A DNA stretch of 53,868 bases from a virus. Its lineage: Duplodnaviria; Caudoviricetes. The stretch spans positions 1 through 53,868 of the IMG/VR virus record IMGVR_UViG_3300022200_008215. The stretch is one strand, 5' to 3'. Positions 10,034-18,889 of the stretch are shown piece after piece (positions within the stretch are counted from its first letter, which is position 1; each line of letters opens with the position of its first letter). The translations under genes and the position numbers were made by a program. The notes under the pieces were generated by a model. The model had not been told where the DNA came from, searched no databases, and saw nothing but the letters and a program-made list of their open reading frames with translations.

Positions 10034-10339
10034 TTATTTTTTCTTTTCTATTGTCTTTTCTGCAACTTCTATTTTCTTTACTTCAGGTATTCTTTGAATA
10101 GAAGTAGCTTTAAATGATGCAAACGCTTCACTAGGTGTCTTGGTTGTTAGTAATTTTACTTTTATTATTGCTGTATTATTATCTCCATTATGTGATACCT
10201 GGTTAATTGTTAACACCCCTGGCATTGCTCTAAGCATTTCCCCTACATCTTGTACTGTTATCCCTTCTGAATGTCCTACTCTTACCATTGCTTGGTAAAT
10301 TGAGAATTGTATTTCTGATATTATATTTGTAAGTTTCAT
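10034..10339 (-). CDS. Hypothetical protein with MKLTNIISE leader
   Basis: 101 aa ORF, tightly packed between neighbours. Confidence 0.65.
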   Translation of the reverse strand: MKLTNIISEIQFSIYQAMVRVGHSEGITVQDVGEMLRAMPGVLTINQVSHNGDNNTAIIKVKLLTTKTPSEAFASFKATSIQRIPEVKKIEVAEKTIEKKK

Positions 10340-11481
10340 TATCCTATGTATATCGTCATTGGTACCCCATTTAATGTCTTGGTTAGATAGTCACTTTCGC
10401 TGGCTTTTCTCTCTAATTGAGATGTTCTTGATGTTTGGTCTAACATCTCTCTTAAGTTTAAAAGTAGTGCTTCTTTTTCAGTTCTTGCATCCGCTAGTAA
10501 GTCTGCTTGATTTAATGTAGCTTCAGATCCAGGAACTGGTACTGTTGTATACTTTCCTCGTATGTATGCTAATAACTCTTTAGCTAAAGCTAGCGTGTAT
10601 CTGAATATCCACTGTCTTCCGACACTGTTTACAGTCTCGTACCTTGGATTATCATAAGGTACTTCCCCTATATTTGTAATTAGATCTCCGCCTTCTAAAA
10701 AACTTGCTGCTTTTTTGTCTGTTATTTTATAAAATTCAAACTTAAGACTGCCATTTGCTTTCGGTACAGGGAATATCTTCAATTTGTTATTAACTACCTC
10801 AAAGGAATATGCAGACCTTCGTATTTGGTCGTTAAATTCTATTGCCTGTATTTTCAGTATATCAAAAGAAGCTGGCATTAGTAGAAAGTTTACTCCTGGG
10901 CTATATGATCCAAAATCAAAAGCATCCATTAGGGACTGTAGTCCTGTTCCTGTACCTGCGTAAGGATCAAAGTACCTTAGGATTGCTGGTGGTGCTTCGT
11001 AGAAGACTCTTCTAATTTCTATTCCTCCTTCTATCCCCTGATCTATTGCCCATGCATCTAGGTCATAATTTTGTTGATTTAAAATAAGTTCAATAGATCC
11101 TGTATTTCTGTTCACATATCCCCCTACTTCGGTCTCTGTTCCGTAGTTTTTACTTATGTTTATAATCCTATCTAAAGTTGGATTGAGTATTTTCTTGTTT
11201 ACTAAACTTCCTGTCGAAGATCCTTCAAGAGATAAGTAATTTTCTCGTATTTTGTATTGAAATAGTTCGTTTCCGTATGTTGAGACAGCTTCTTCAAAGC
11301 AGGCAAAGAGGGAGCCTGATTGTAGTTCTACATCCATGAGTGGAAATCCTAATCTCGTACCACAGAATTTTGCTGCTTTTACAGCATCTATTTGAAAATC
11401 GGGATCACTGTCATAGAATCCAAATGGAGTCATTCCGGCACTAAAGTTTGCTGTACCGTCCCAGATAGTTATATTAGCCAT
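10339..11481 (-). CDS. Neck / head-tail adaptor protein (T4 gp13-like)
   Basis: RLGFPLMDVEL, WIFRYTLALAKELL..IRGKY..VP...TLN motifs. Confidence 0.75.
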   Translation of the reverse strand: MANITIWDGTANFSAGMTPFGFYDSDPDFQIDAVKAAKFCGTRLGFPLMDVELQSGSLFACFEEAVSTYGNELFQYKIRENYLSLEGSSTGSLVNKKILNPTLDRIINISKNYGTETEVGGYVNRNTGSIELILNQQNYDLDAWAIDQGIEGGIEIRRVFYEAPPAILRYFDPYAGTGTGLQSLMDAFDFGSYSPGVNFLLMPASFDILKIQAIEFNDQIRRSAYSFEVVNNKLKIFPVPKANGSLKFEFYKITDKKAASFLEGGDLITNIGEVPYDNPRYETVNSVGRQWIFRYTLALAKELLAYIRGKYTTVPVPGSEATLNQADLLADARTEKEALLLNLREMLDQTSRTSQLERKASESDYLTKTLNGVPMTIYIG

Positions 11482-11508
11482 TTATATTAGTTTTCTTATA
11501 AATAGCAA

Positions 11509-12195
11509 TTAATCTCTGAAGGTTTGGTATACTTTAAGTATTGGAGCAACTATCTCATGTCTATGGTTATGTTCTAAGGCTATTGTTCTAAACCCGTCTA
11601 CTTGCTCCTCTATTCTCGAAAGAAAAGAGAATCCTGTTTCTCTTTTATCTTTTAAGTCTATTTGAGCCATATCTCCGCAAATGACCATTTTAGAGTGCTT
11701 CCCTAGGCGCCCTATGACAGTTTCCATTTGTGAATGCGTTACATTTTGCGCTTCATCTACAATAACAAAAGAGTTTAGGAATGTTCTCCCCCTCATAAAA
11801 GCAAATGGAACAATTTCTATAGTTCCGTTCTCTAATTCTTTTTTAATCTTCTCTTCAGTGTAGAGTAAGTATAAATTGTGGTAGATTGGTGCTAACCAAG
11901 GGTCCATTTTTGCTTGTAAGTCTCCTGGTAAGAATCCTATATCTTCTTTAGCAACAGTTGGACGTGTTATAACGATCTTTTTCACCTGTTTATTAAATAA
12001 CATATCTAAGGCTACTTGAGTTGCAACTAGAGTCTTACCTGATCCTGCCATTCCTTTTATAACAGTTATTGGAGATTCGAGTATTAAAGCTTTTGCAGTT
12101 TTCTGCTCTTCGTTAAGTTGGAGATTAAATTTAATTGGGTTTTTCGGTTTTCTTTTTTGGACGAATACATCATCAGTATGGTGGTTTGAAGCCAT
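11509..12195 (-). CDS. phoH: PhoH-family ATPase
   Basis: GMAGSGKT, ITRP, IGFLPG, FMRGRTF, DEAQN, GDMAQID, HRH. Confidence 0.95.
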   Translation of the reverse strand: MASNHHTDDVFVQKRKPKNPIKFNLQLNEEQKTAKALILESPITVIKGMAGSGKTLVATQVALDMLFNKQVKKIVITRPTVAKEDIGFLPGDLQAKMDPWLAPIYHNLYLLYTEEKIKKELENGTIEIVPFAFMRGRTFLNSFVIVDEAQNVTHSQMETVIGRLGKHSKMVICGDMAQIDLKDKRETGFSFLSRIEEQVDGFRTIALEHNHRHEIVAPILKVYQTFRD

Positions 12196-12251
12196 ATATT
12201 ATGAACGTTGAGTTTATACCTATACATATCAGAAAATAAAAGTATGTTCAT

Positions 12252-12275
12252 AAAAAAAGAGAGCCGAAGCTCTCT
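12252..12275 (-). terminator. Intrinsic terminator after the major capsid gene
   Basis: AGAGAGC-TTCG-GCTCTCT followed by a T run (UUCG tetraloop). Confidence 0.9.
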
Positions 12276-12300
12276 AATTTTAATGTATACAGTTTAAATA

Positions 12301-13878
12301 CTATACTGTTTCTAGATCTGATACGAAAATACGACCGTAAAATTCTGGTCTAAGCATTTTCTTCGCATATCTGGTCATAATTCCTTTGCGGGGAGTAAAA
12401 GTATCTGGATCGTATACTAGTGGTGTCATCATTAATGGCACGTAAGGAGCATACACAGCACCTGTTTCCAAGAATTGAGAACCTCTGTAACCCATAAGGA
12501 TTGTGTTTTCAGTCATGTAAGGGTTTTTGTATACTTTGTAACGTCCGTTTAATGCACCTACTTTTTGTACACCAAATGCAAAATCCATTTTGTCACCGTC
12601 AGTGTTTGCAGCATATCCAGGAATTGATTCTAGGATTGTAGCTACAGTTGGAGAACATACTAAGAAGTTAGCTCCGCCACGTAAAGTTTTTTGGTGGATT
12701 TTGTTAGATACTTTTTGGATTTTAGTTCCTAAAGTTTGGAACCATTGTCCTTGGGTATTATAGAAATCTGAACTAGCTGTTGACCATGTAGTCCCATTCC
12801 ATAATTTATTATTAAGGGCTGACCATCTTTCAGTTGTTACAGCATCTTGTATTAACATATCTAAGATCTCTAAGTCAATCTCCATAGAGATATATTCAGA
12901 TAAGATAGATGTTAATTCAGCTTCTGCATCAATAGAATGATAAGCGTTAAGATCCTGAGCAAATTCTGGGGTCCATTGTGCTTTTAATTTTCTTGTTTTA
13001 GCAACAATTGATTCAGAAGCAAGCTGTACATTAATTTCTGGTATCACGATTGAACCACCTGGATTATCTTCGAAGTCACCTCTTGTGTTATCAGTTGGCT
13101 GGTTGTGGTATAATACAGATCCTGTTATAGAGGCAACTACTGTCAAAGCACTTCCTGTTACTACGAAAGTAACTGTATCTCCTGATACTGTAGTAAGCTC
13201 TGGGTTTGAAGTTACATCTACAGATGATGAGTAAAGACGGAAAGCTCTAACTGCTTCGTGATCGAAAGAAGAGACAGATGCCATATTTACTGCTACTGTT
13301 TTGAATCCTGATAATAGTAAATCATCGTTGTATGCGATAGAGGCTGAGGTTGCAGCTGCTGTTACTTGTTGTACTGCGAGTGATCCTGAGTTGATTGAGT
13401 ATCCGAAAGCTCCTGCACCGTAAAGGCCGCCAGAAACTTCTTCATCAACAGTCATCTTATCATTAGCAGTAGATACGTTACCGTATAAATTACTGTTAAG
13501 ATCTTTGGTACGTCCTCCAGTACCATATTTAAAATCTAAATAGAATACTAGTCCTGAAGGTAGATTCATTGGCTGTACAGATACGAAATCTTTAGCAGCA
13601 ATTTGAGCGAATACCTTACGCACTAGTGGTAGAGCTACTCCTGCCCACTGCTCACCTTGACCAGCGGAAAAACTACCTCCTCCTACGTTAGTACTTGATT
13701 GTTCTGATACAATCTGTTTTGCTTGATTCTCAAGAATCATAGCCATGTTGTTTCTTTCATTCTCATTAGAGAGTCCCTCTAATAAGCCTGTTTTAGTCCA
13801 CTTCCCAGCAAGTCTAGCTGAATCAGCTTGTAGAGACTTGTAGTTATTTGCACCTTCCAATAATTGATTTAATTCCAT
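12301..13878 (-). CDS. Major capsid protein (T4 gp23-like)
   Basis: ILENQ, VQPMNLPSGLVFYL, AKTRKLKAQWTPEFAQDLNAYHSIDAEAEL, YAPYVPL, GIMTRY. Confidence 0.97.
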   Translation of the reverse strand: MELNQLLEGANNYKSLQADSARLAGKWTKTGLLEGLSNENERNNMAMILENQAKQIVSEQSSTNVGGGSFSAGQGEQWAGVALPLVRKVFAQIAAKDFVSVQPMNLPSGLVFYLDFKYGTGGRTKDLNSNLYGNVSTANDKMTVDEEVSGGLYGAGAFGYSINSGSLAVQQVTAAATSASIAYNDDLLLSGFKTVAVNMASVSSFDHEAVRAFRLYSSSVDVTSNPELTTVSGDTVTFVVTGSALTVVASITGSVLYHNQPTDNTRGDFEDNPGGSIVIPEINVQLASESIVAKTRKLKAQWTPEFAQDLNAYHSIDAEAELTSILSEYISMEIDLEILDMLIQDAVTTERWSALNNKLWNGTTWSTASSDFYNTQGQWFQTLGTKIQKVSNKIHQKTLRGGANFLVCSPTVATILESIPGYAANTDGDKMDFAFGVQKVGALNGRYKVYKNPYMTENTILMGYRGSQFLETGAVYAPYVPLMMTPLVYDPDTFTPRKGIMTRYAKKMLRPEFYGRIFVSDLETV

Positions 13879-13905
13879 AATTAATAGTGTGGTTTTTTTA
13901 GTTTT

Positions 13906-14973
13906 TTATTTTATAATTCCTGCTAACTTTTGCATTCTTAGTACAGTTTCATTAGCTTCTGTAATTATTTCTGGTCTTCTAGCAGTAATTCCAGTAGCTT
14001 TTGATGCCATACCTAATTTTGCTTCATTAACTTTTGATTTACTAGTTGTTCTAGCTATCACGTTTTCTGAAATTGTTTTGTAGACTAGTTTTGCTTCTTT
14101 AACAGTCTCTGCTTTGTCGAATGCAGTTATAATATTTACTTTTTGAGATTCTGTTAAGTTGTTTGCTTTAAATACTTTATTTAAGTAAAGTAATTTAGCA
14201 TTTAGCAAATTAGTTTCCTGAAGTTGTTTGCTAAGAGCTTTAATTGTTCTTAGTGCTTCGTTTAGTTCATAGATTTCTTCTTCATTACGCATTGCAGCAC
14301 CAGCACCAGCTCCTAAACTTTGCAAAGCAGCAAATGCTTGCTTAGCTATAGGACCTCCTTTTTTAGTTAATGCTCGTAGCCCGCTAATAATGTTATCTAA
14401 CCCTGCTGCTGCAGAATCAGATGGTTCACTCATTTTAGTAGATCCATACTCATCTACTTCATGAGACATTTCTCCAAGTTCTCTTAGAATTTCATCTAAA
14501 TCGATCTCTTCTTCACTATCCATTCCTACCATGTCGTCTGCTGGCATTTCTTCGCCGGGCATTTCTTCCCCAGCTTCGTCATTTCCAACTTCTTGAGCGA
14601 TGATATCGCGGATTAAGTTTTTAAGGTCTTCGACTTCCATGTCTTTTACCTCAATTTCTTCTGCTTCTTCCTCAGCTTCGTCTTCAGATTCTTCTGAATC
14701 ATTCTCAGCTTCTTCATCCTCTTCTTCGAAAGTGTATTCTTCCTCTAGTTGATCGAATGAGTTCTTTTCGTCAGCATCGATATTGCCTTGTGCTTCTGTT
14801 TTAACTACTCCTTCTTCTGATGCATCTTCCATCTCTTGAAGTTTAGCAGCTAACATATCTTTTAGATGAGGAGTTAAAGTCTCTTCCAAAGCTTGTTTAG
14901 CGTTTGCAATAGCGGCTTCACGAACAGATTTGGCTTCAGCAATAGCTTGCTTAAATAAATCTTTGTTTGCCAT
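13906..14973 (-). CDS. Prohead core scaffold protein (T4 gp22-like)
   Basis: Acidic coiled-coil directly upstream of capsid gene, ends RMQKLAGI. Confidence 0.8.
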   Translation of the reverse strand: MANKDLFKQAIAEAKSVREAAIANAKQALEETLTPHLKDMLAAKLQEMEDASEEGVVKTEAQGNIDADEKNSFDQLEEEYTFEEEDEEAENDSEESEDEAEEEAEEIEVKDMEVEDLKNLIRDIIAQEVGNDEAGEEMPGEEMPADDMVGMDSEEEIDLDEILRELGEMSHEVDEYGSTKMSEPSDSAAAGLDNIISGLRALTKKGGPIAKQAFAALQSLGAGAGAAMRNEEEIYELNEALRTIKALSKQLQETNLLNAKLLYLNKVFKANNLTESQKVNIITAFDKAETVKEAKLVYKTISENVIARTTSKSKVNEAKLGMASKATGITARRPEIITEANETVLRMQKLAGIIK

Positions 14974-15114
14974 TTTTAATAAAAATTTTTGTGTGTGTAC
15001 GATTATTTGAATCGTAATAGGAAAGTTTTTTTTTATAATGCGGTATAGTTGACCGTATATTTGTAATAATAAATATGCTGTTTAAATAAAAACAAGAAGT
15101 CCTTAGTTTTCTGC

Positions 15115-15157
15115 AAAAAAAAGACCCGTAAGCAGTTCTTATGTTATGCTTACAGGT
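15115..15157 (-). terminator. Intrinsic terminator
   Basis: ACCTGTAAGCA-12 nt loop-TGCTTACGGGT followed by C and a T run. Confidence 0.8.
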
Positions 15158-15219
15158 ACATCAATCCTGCGGTAGCGTCCGAGGAAATATTACTATGATT
15201 TTATCTTAATAGCTTTATT

Positions 15220-15879
15220 CTACTTTAAAGCTTTGAGAACTGCCTCTTTTACTACTCTTTCTCTCTTAGTTAGTCCTTCGTATAATGATTCGTAAGCTAA
15301 TTGGTGTATTTCATCACTCATCTCGTCATTGAGCTGATCTATCTCTTCATCTGTTAATGGGGTACCGTCTTCAAATTCGGCATACTCTATATAGGCATCA
15401 GAAAAGTCTGGGTAATCTGATGTATCTATGTTTGCTATGCTTATACTTCCTTTATCTACTCTAGAGCTTACCTTGTCTTCTTCCGATAAGTTATTTTTTG
15501 ATATATCAACTCCTTGAGTCATCTTGTTGAAATGTTCTGGTTCATGTTTTTTTAAAGCAGCAATATAGTGCTCCGTCTCACGTGGATTCATTTCTTCGAC
15601 TCCGTCTATATCATCGTAATCTGTTTCTCCGTAGGAACCTCCAGCATATCCCTTATATGCTTTTCCTGTACTTGGACTATATCCTAATAGCTCAACATCA
15701 TACCCTTCAAGATCATCTGAAGATTGGTCCATTTGGTTAAATGTACCCTGGCTAGCGGTTTGTTCGTCTTCATCTGTCCAAACTATATCGTTTGGAATAG
15801 TTTGTTCGTTTATTGTTCTTGAAGTAGAAGTCAACTTATTTTCTACTAAAAATTTTCTAAGGTCAAAATTGTTTTCCAT
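15220..15879 (-). CDS. Acidic hypothetical protein (FDLRKFLVENK leader), possible internal head protein
   Basis: 219 aa between protease and scaffold genes; short modules separated by INE/LSE/LYE. Confidence 0.6.
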   Translation of the reverse strand: MENNFDLRKFLVENKLTSTSRTINEQTIPNDIVWTDEDEQTASQGTFNQMDQSSDDLEGYDVELLGYSPSTGKAYKGYAGGSYGETDYDDIDGVEEMNPRETEHYIAALKKHEPEHFNKMTQGVDISKNNLSEEDKVSSRVDKGSISIANIDTSDYPDFSDAYIEYAEFEDGTPLTDEEIDQLNDEMSDEIHQLAYESLYEGLTKRERVVKEAVLKALK

Positions 15880-15881
15880 TT

Positions 15882-16460
15882 CTATGCTCTTAATATTTCG
15901 TTGATTATTGAATTGATTTTTGTGTACTTATTTTCAGGGAGTTTTCCTTCGTTTAAGGATACTGGGTTCATGAAAGCTCCCTGTGTGGAAGGATTGGAGA
16001 CGAAATCCCAGCAGACTAATTCAAAGTCTTGCTGTACCTCTAATGTTCCTTCGTTTGTTTGTTGTACTGATCCTGTACCCCTAGAAGAGATTCCTATAGT
16101 ATGTCCTGCTTTTATAATTTCTTTGACAATATTTCCTACAGGTGTATTGAGTAGTTCAATTCTTCCTTTTAGCTCATCACCATCCCACCACAGGTCTTTT
16201 ACTACGTGGGAAGCATTTTTTAAAGATACTACAGCTGATTCCGGATGATCTAATTCTCCAAAAGCATTTCCATTTTTTACGAACTCATTCATATACTTCT
16301 TACACTCTCTTTCAAGCAAGGTCTTGTCGTATACTCGTCCGTTTTGGTTTTTAGCTCCTGCTCTTTGTAAAACTCCTTCTACTTCGTATACCCCCGGCCT
16401 TTCTTTAGACTCCCTGAGTATTGATTTAAATGGTGTTATTTCTACTAATAGGTTGTTCAT
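15882..16460 (-). CDS. Prohead core protease (T4 gp21-like)
   Basis: KNQNGRVY, GELDHP, SH, GISSRGTGS, WDFVSNPS; start moved to MNNLLVE at 16460, next to the upstream stop. Confidence 0.95.
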   Translation of the reverse strand: MNNLLVEITPFKSILRESKERPGVYEVEGVLQRAGAKNQNGRVYDKTLLERECKKYMNEFVKNGNAFGELDHPESAVVSLKNASHVVKDLWWDGDELKGRIELLNTPVGNIVKEIIKAGHTIGISSRGTGSVQQTNEGTLEVQQDFELVCWDFVSNPSTQGAFMNPVSLNEGKLPENKYTKINSIINEILRA

Positions 16461-16461
16461 C

Positions 16462-17748
16462 TTAATTTTTTCTTTTAGTATATTTTGATTTCTTACCTTT
16501 ATTCTCATTAACCTTATACATAGAATTACCAGCTTGTGTAGGATCAATACCTAATTTTTCCAATTCTTCAGGAGATATTCTCTTAGACTTGGGAAGTTCT
16601 ATTGTCATATATTTACTTAATACTGGTTGTAAGTCTTTTTTAAATGCTACTGAAACGGCTGGAGCCATAAAGGAGCCAATATTTGCATAAATTGCTTCTA
16701 TTCCTTGTCTAGCATCTAAATGAGCTTTTTCTATTTTAGCAATATGTTCTGCTAATTCTGTAGCTCCTTTTCTAATACGTGCAGCTAAGTCTTCGTTATC
16801 TACGTTTTCGTAGTTAATAAACGATTCTAAGTTTTCTGCTTTAGCTTCTAGTAAGACTCTTTTTTCTTCTGTTAAAATTCCTCTGATTAATTTTTTAAAG
16901 CTCTCTTTTAAAGAGTTTTTAATTGCATTATCCCTAGCAGCTAGGTAATCGTTAGAGTCTATATCTCCGTCTTTATCTAAGTCTCTACCTTTCTTTTCTT
17001 CTAATCCCGCTTCGTCTAAGAAACTCTCATCTATTTCTTTTAGTTGATTTTTTAAGTAGTTAACTAGATCTGCTTTTGCAAAAGTAACCATTTCTGGTTC
17101 AGTCATAGGTCCGTTTTTCCATTCATTCCAAACTGCTTGGAGGTGTTTTACTACCTTATCAAGTTCGGGTCCCATAGATTCTACATACCCTCCTGTTTCG
17201 TAATCATTTTCTGTTACTACTTTACCACCTTTTATTTTAGCTCTTCTACCTTCTTGTAAAGCTTTTTTAACCAACTTATGGAGTGTTTCCCTTAATTCAG
17301 CTTTTTTCATTCCGTTAAAAGTATCTATTTCTTTTCCTTTTTTAGCTTCAACATACTTATCATGCTTATCAACATTTTTTGATTCTCCTGAAAGTAGGTT
17401 TAAGTAAAAGTTGAGATCTTTAGATAAGTTCTTAACTACTTTAGTTTTGGCTTTTTCTAATTCCTCATCGTTGGGCATCTCTAACGGTATGTTAATACCT
17501 TGTACTTGTAATTCGTAATCGACACCTCTCGATACTGCTTCTTCAGGAAATGAATCTTCAGATTTCATAGTCTCTTTTTTCTTAGTCTCATGAATCATTG
17601 ATCTATTCTTAAGAATAGTTACAGTATCCTCAAATCCATTGAAGTTACTTATTAGGTTAGGTAGCTCTAATCTAGCATCTCTAACAAACTGGGATTTAGA
17701 AAATTTGTTTTCTAAAATTGCGTTATATTTTTCTTGTAGTGTTCTCAT
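16462..17748 (-). CDS. Hypothetical prohead-associated protein
   Basis: 428 aa charged mosaic with DLDKDGDIDSNDYL (DxDxDG-type) motif. Confidence 0.6.
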   Translation of the reverse strand: MRTLQEKYNAILENKFSKSQFVRDARLELPNLISNFNGFEDTVTILKNRSMIHETKKKETMKSEDSFPEEAVSRGVDYELQVQGINIPLEMPNDEELEKAKTKVVKNLSKDLNFYLNLLSGESKNVDKHDKYVEAKKGKEIDTFNGMKKAELRETLHKLVKKALQEGRRAKIKGGKVVTENDYETGGYVESMGPELDKVVKHLQAVWNEWKNGPMTEPEMVTFAKADLVNYLKNQLKEIDESFLDEAGLEEKKGRDLDKDGDIDSNDYLAARDNAIKNSLKESFKKLIRGILTEEKRVLLEAKAENLESFINYENVDNEDLAARIRKGATELAEHIAKIEKAHLDARQGIEAIYANIGSFMAPAVSVAFKKDLQPVLSKYMTIELPKSKRISPEELEKLGIDPTQAGNSMYKVNENKGKKSKYTKRKN

Positions 17749-17986
17749 CTAAGTAATCAAACATTTTAGTATTGTATGGCCTTTTTTTTTGCTTTACTAC
17801 TTTATACCCTAATTTTTCTCCGTATTTTGTAGCAGCATTTTTTCCTTTATTTTTACTGAAAGCGTTAGGTGTTGCGTATTGGGCTCCTGTTCCGGGCGTA
17901 AAGCTAGCTCCTGTTCCGGTTGCGCTTATTTCATAAAGCTCTTGCATTACCTCCTTAATTATTTCTCTTAATTGACTTATCTTCAT
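17723..17986 (-). CDS. Small hypothetical protein
   Basis: MKISQLREIIKE leader, Gly/Thr-rich core GAQYATPNAF. Confidence 0.65.
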   Translation of the reverse strand: MKISQLREIIKEVMQELYEISATGTGASFTPGTGAQYATPNAFSKNKGKNAATKYGEKLGYKVVKQKKRPYNTKMFDYLDENTTRKI

Positions 17987-18837
17987 AGTCTTCTTAATTC
18001 TTCAACTAATTCGTAGTATTGCATTATACTTACAAGGTGGTTATCAGTTACTTTTTTTGTTTTAGCTACTGGTTCTATTCCTTTAAGTACCTCTTGTAAT
18101 TTAATATTTAATATATCGTCAGTGACTTTTGCCTTGTGTGCAAGCACTAATTGTCTTAATTTTTCAAACTCTTCGTTCACTATGTTACGTAGCCTGGCAG
18201 AAGAATCTACAGATGTAATAAATTCCCGTAGTATATTTTTCTGCTCTGGTAGAAGAGAAGTATATTTTGAGTTGAACTTCTCTAAAAGTATTTTAAAAAT
18301 TAATAGCTGTAGGTCTTTGTCGTATTTTGAGTATTCCTCTATTAACGTTTCTCTAACATTTTCCTTATCTTGTTGAGATTTTGTGAGATGTTCTAGTAGA
18401 GTTGTTTTATTATCGATTAAGAATGAAGGAGCTACTATATGGTCTTCTTTATGAGCTTCTAGCAAGCAGTATAGAGCTGCTAGAGGTTTGTAGTCTTTTA
18501 CAGAAATAGAAAAGAATTCTTCGATATTATAATTTTCTTTAATTTCTTTAATTAACTTATACTTTTGAACTTTGAGCAGGTCTTTATTAACAGTTCGTGC
18601 TACTTCTATGATAGTAGATACAGTTGCTTCTGCTCTAGATTGTGAGACTGATTTGCTTTTAAGAATAAATTCATATAATTTAAACTCTCTTACTAATGCA
18701 GTCTTCCCTGTGTAAAAATTTCTCAAAATTTTAACTGCAGGAGAATCTTTTTTATTTAAGATGTCAGCAGCTATTTGCTTAACTAACAGTTCAAATATTA
18801 AACCTGTATTTTTATACTTGCTGTGTTTGATTTGCAT
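17983..18837 (-). CDS. Hypothetical head-module protein
   Basis: 284 aa directly downstream of portal; KHSKYKNTGLIFELL start; preceded by TATTTATA. Confidence 0.7.
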   Translation of the reverse strand: MQIKHSKYKNTGLIFELLVKQIAADILNKKDSPAVKILRNFYTGKTALVREFKLYEFILKSKSVSQSRAEATVSTIIEVARTVNKDLLKVQKYKLIKEIKENYNIEEFFSISVKDYKPLAALYCLLEAHKEDHIVAPSFLIDNKTTLLEHLTKSQQDKENVRETLIEEYSKYDKDLQLLIFKILLEKFNSKYTSLLPEQKNILREFITSVDSSARLRNIVNEEFEKLRQLVLAHKAKVTDDILNIKLQEVLKGIEPVAKTKKVTDNHLVSIMQYYELVEELRRL

Positions 18838-18889
18838 TTCTATAGTGTTTTGGGGTATAGGTAATACACCTTACTTGTATAAATAGTGT

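Noticed and set aside
16461-16547. N-terminal extension of the protease given by the ORF track (likewise 40914-41015 for the LamG gene)
   Set aside because: Overlaps the upstream gene; an ATG right after the upstream stop is the more plausible start
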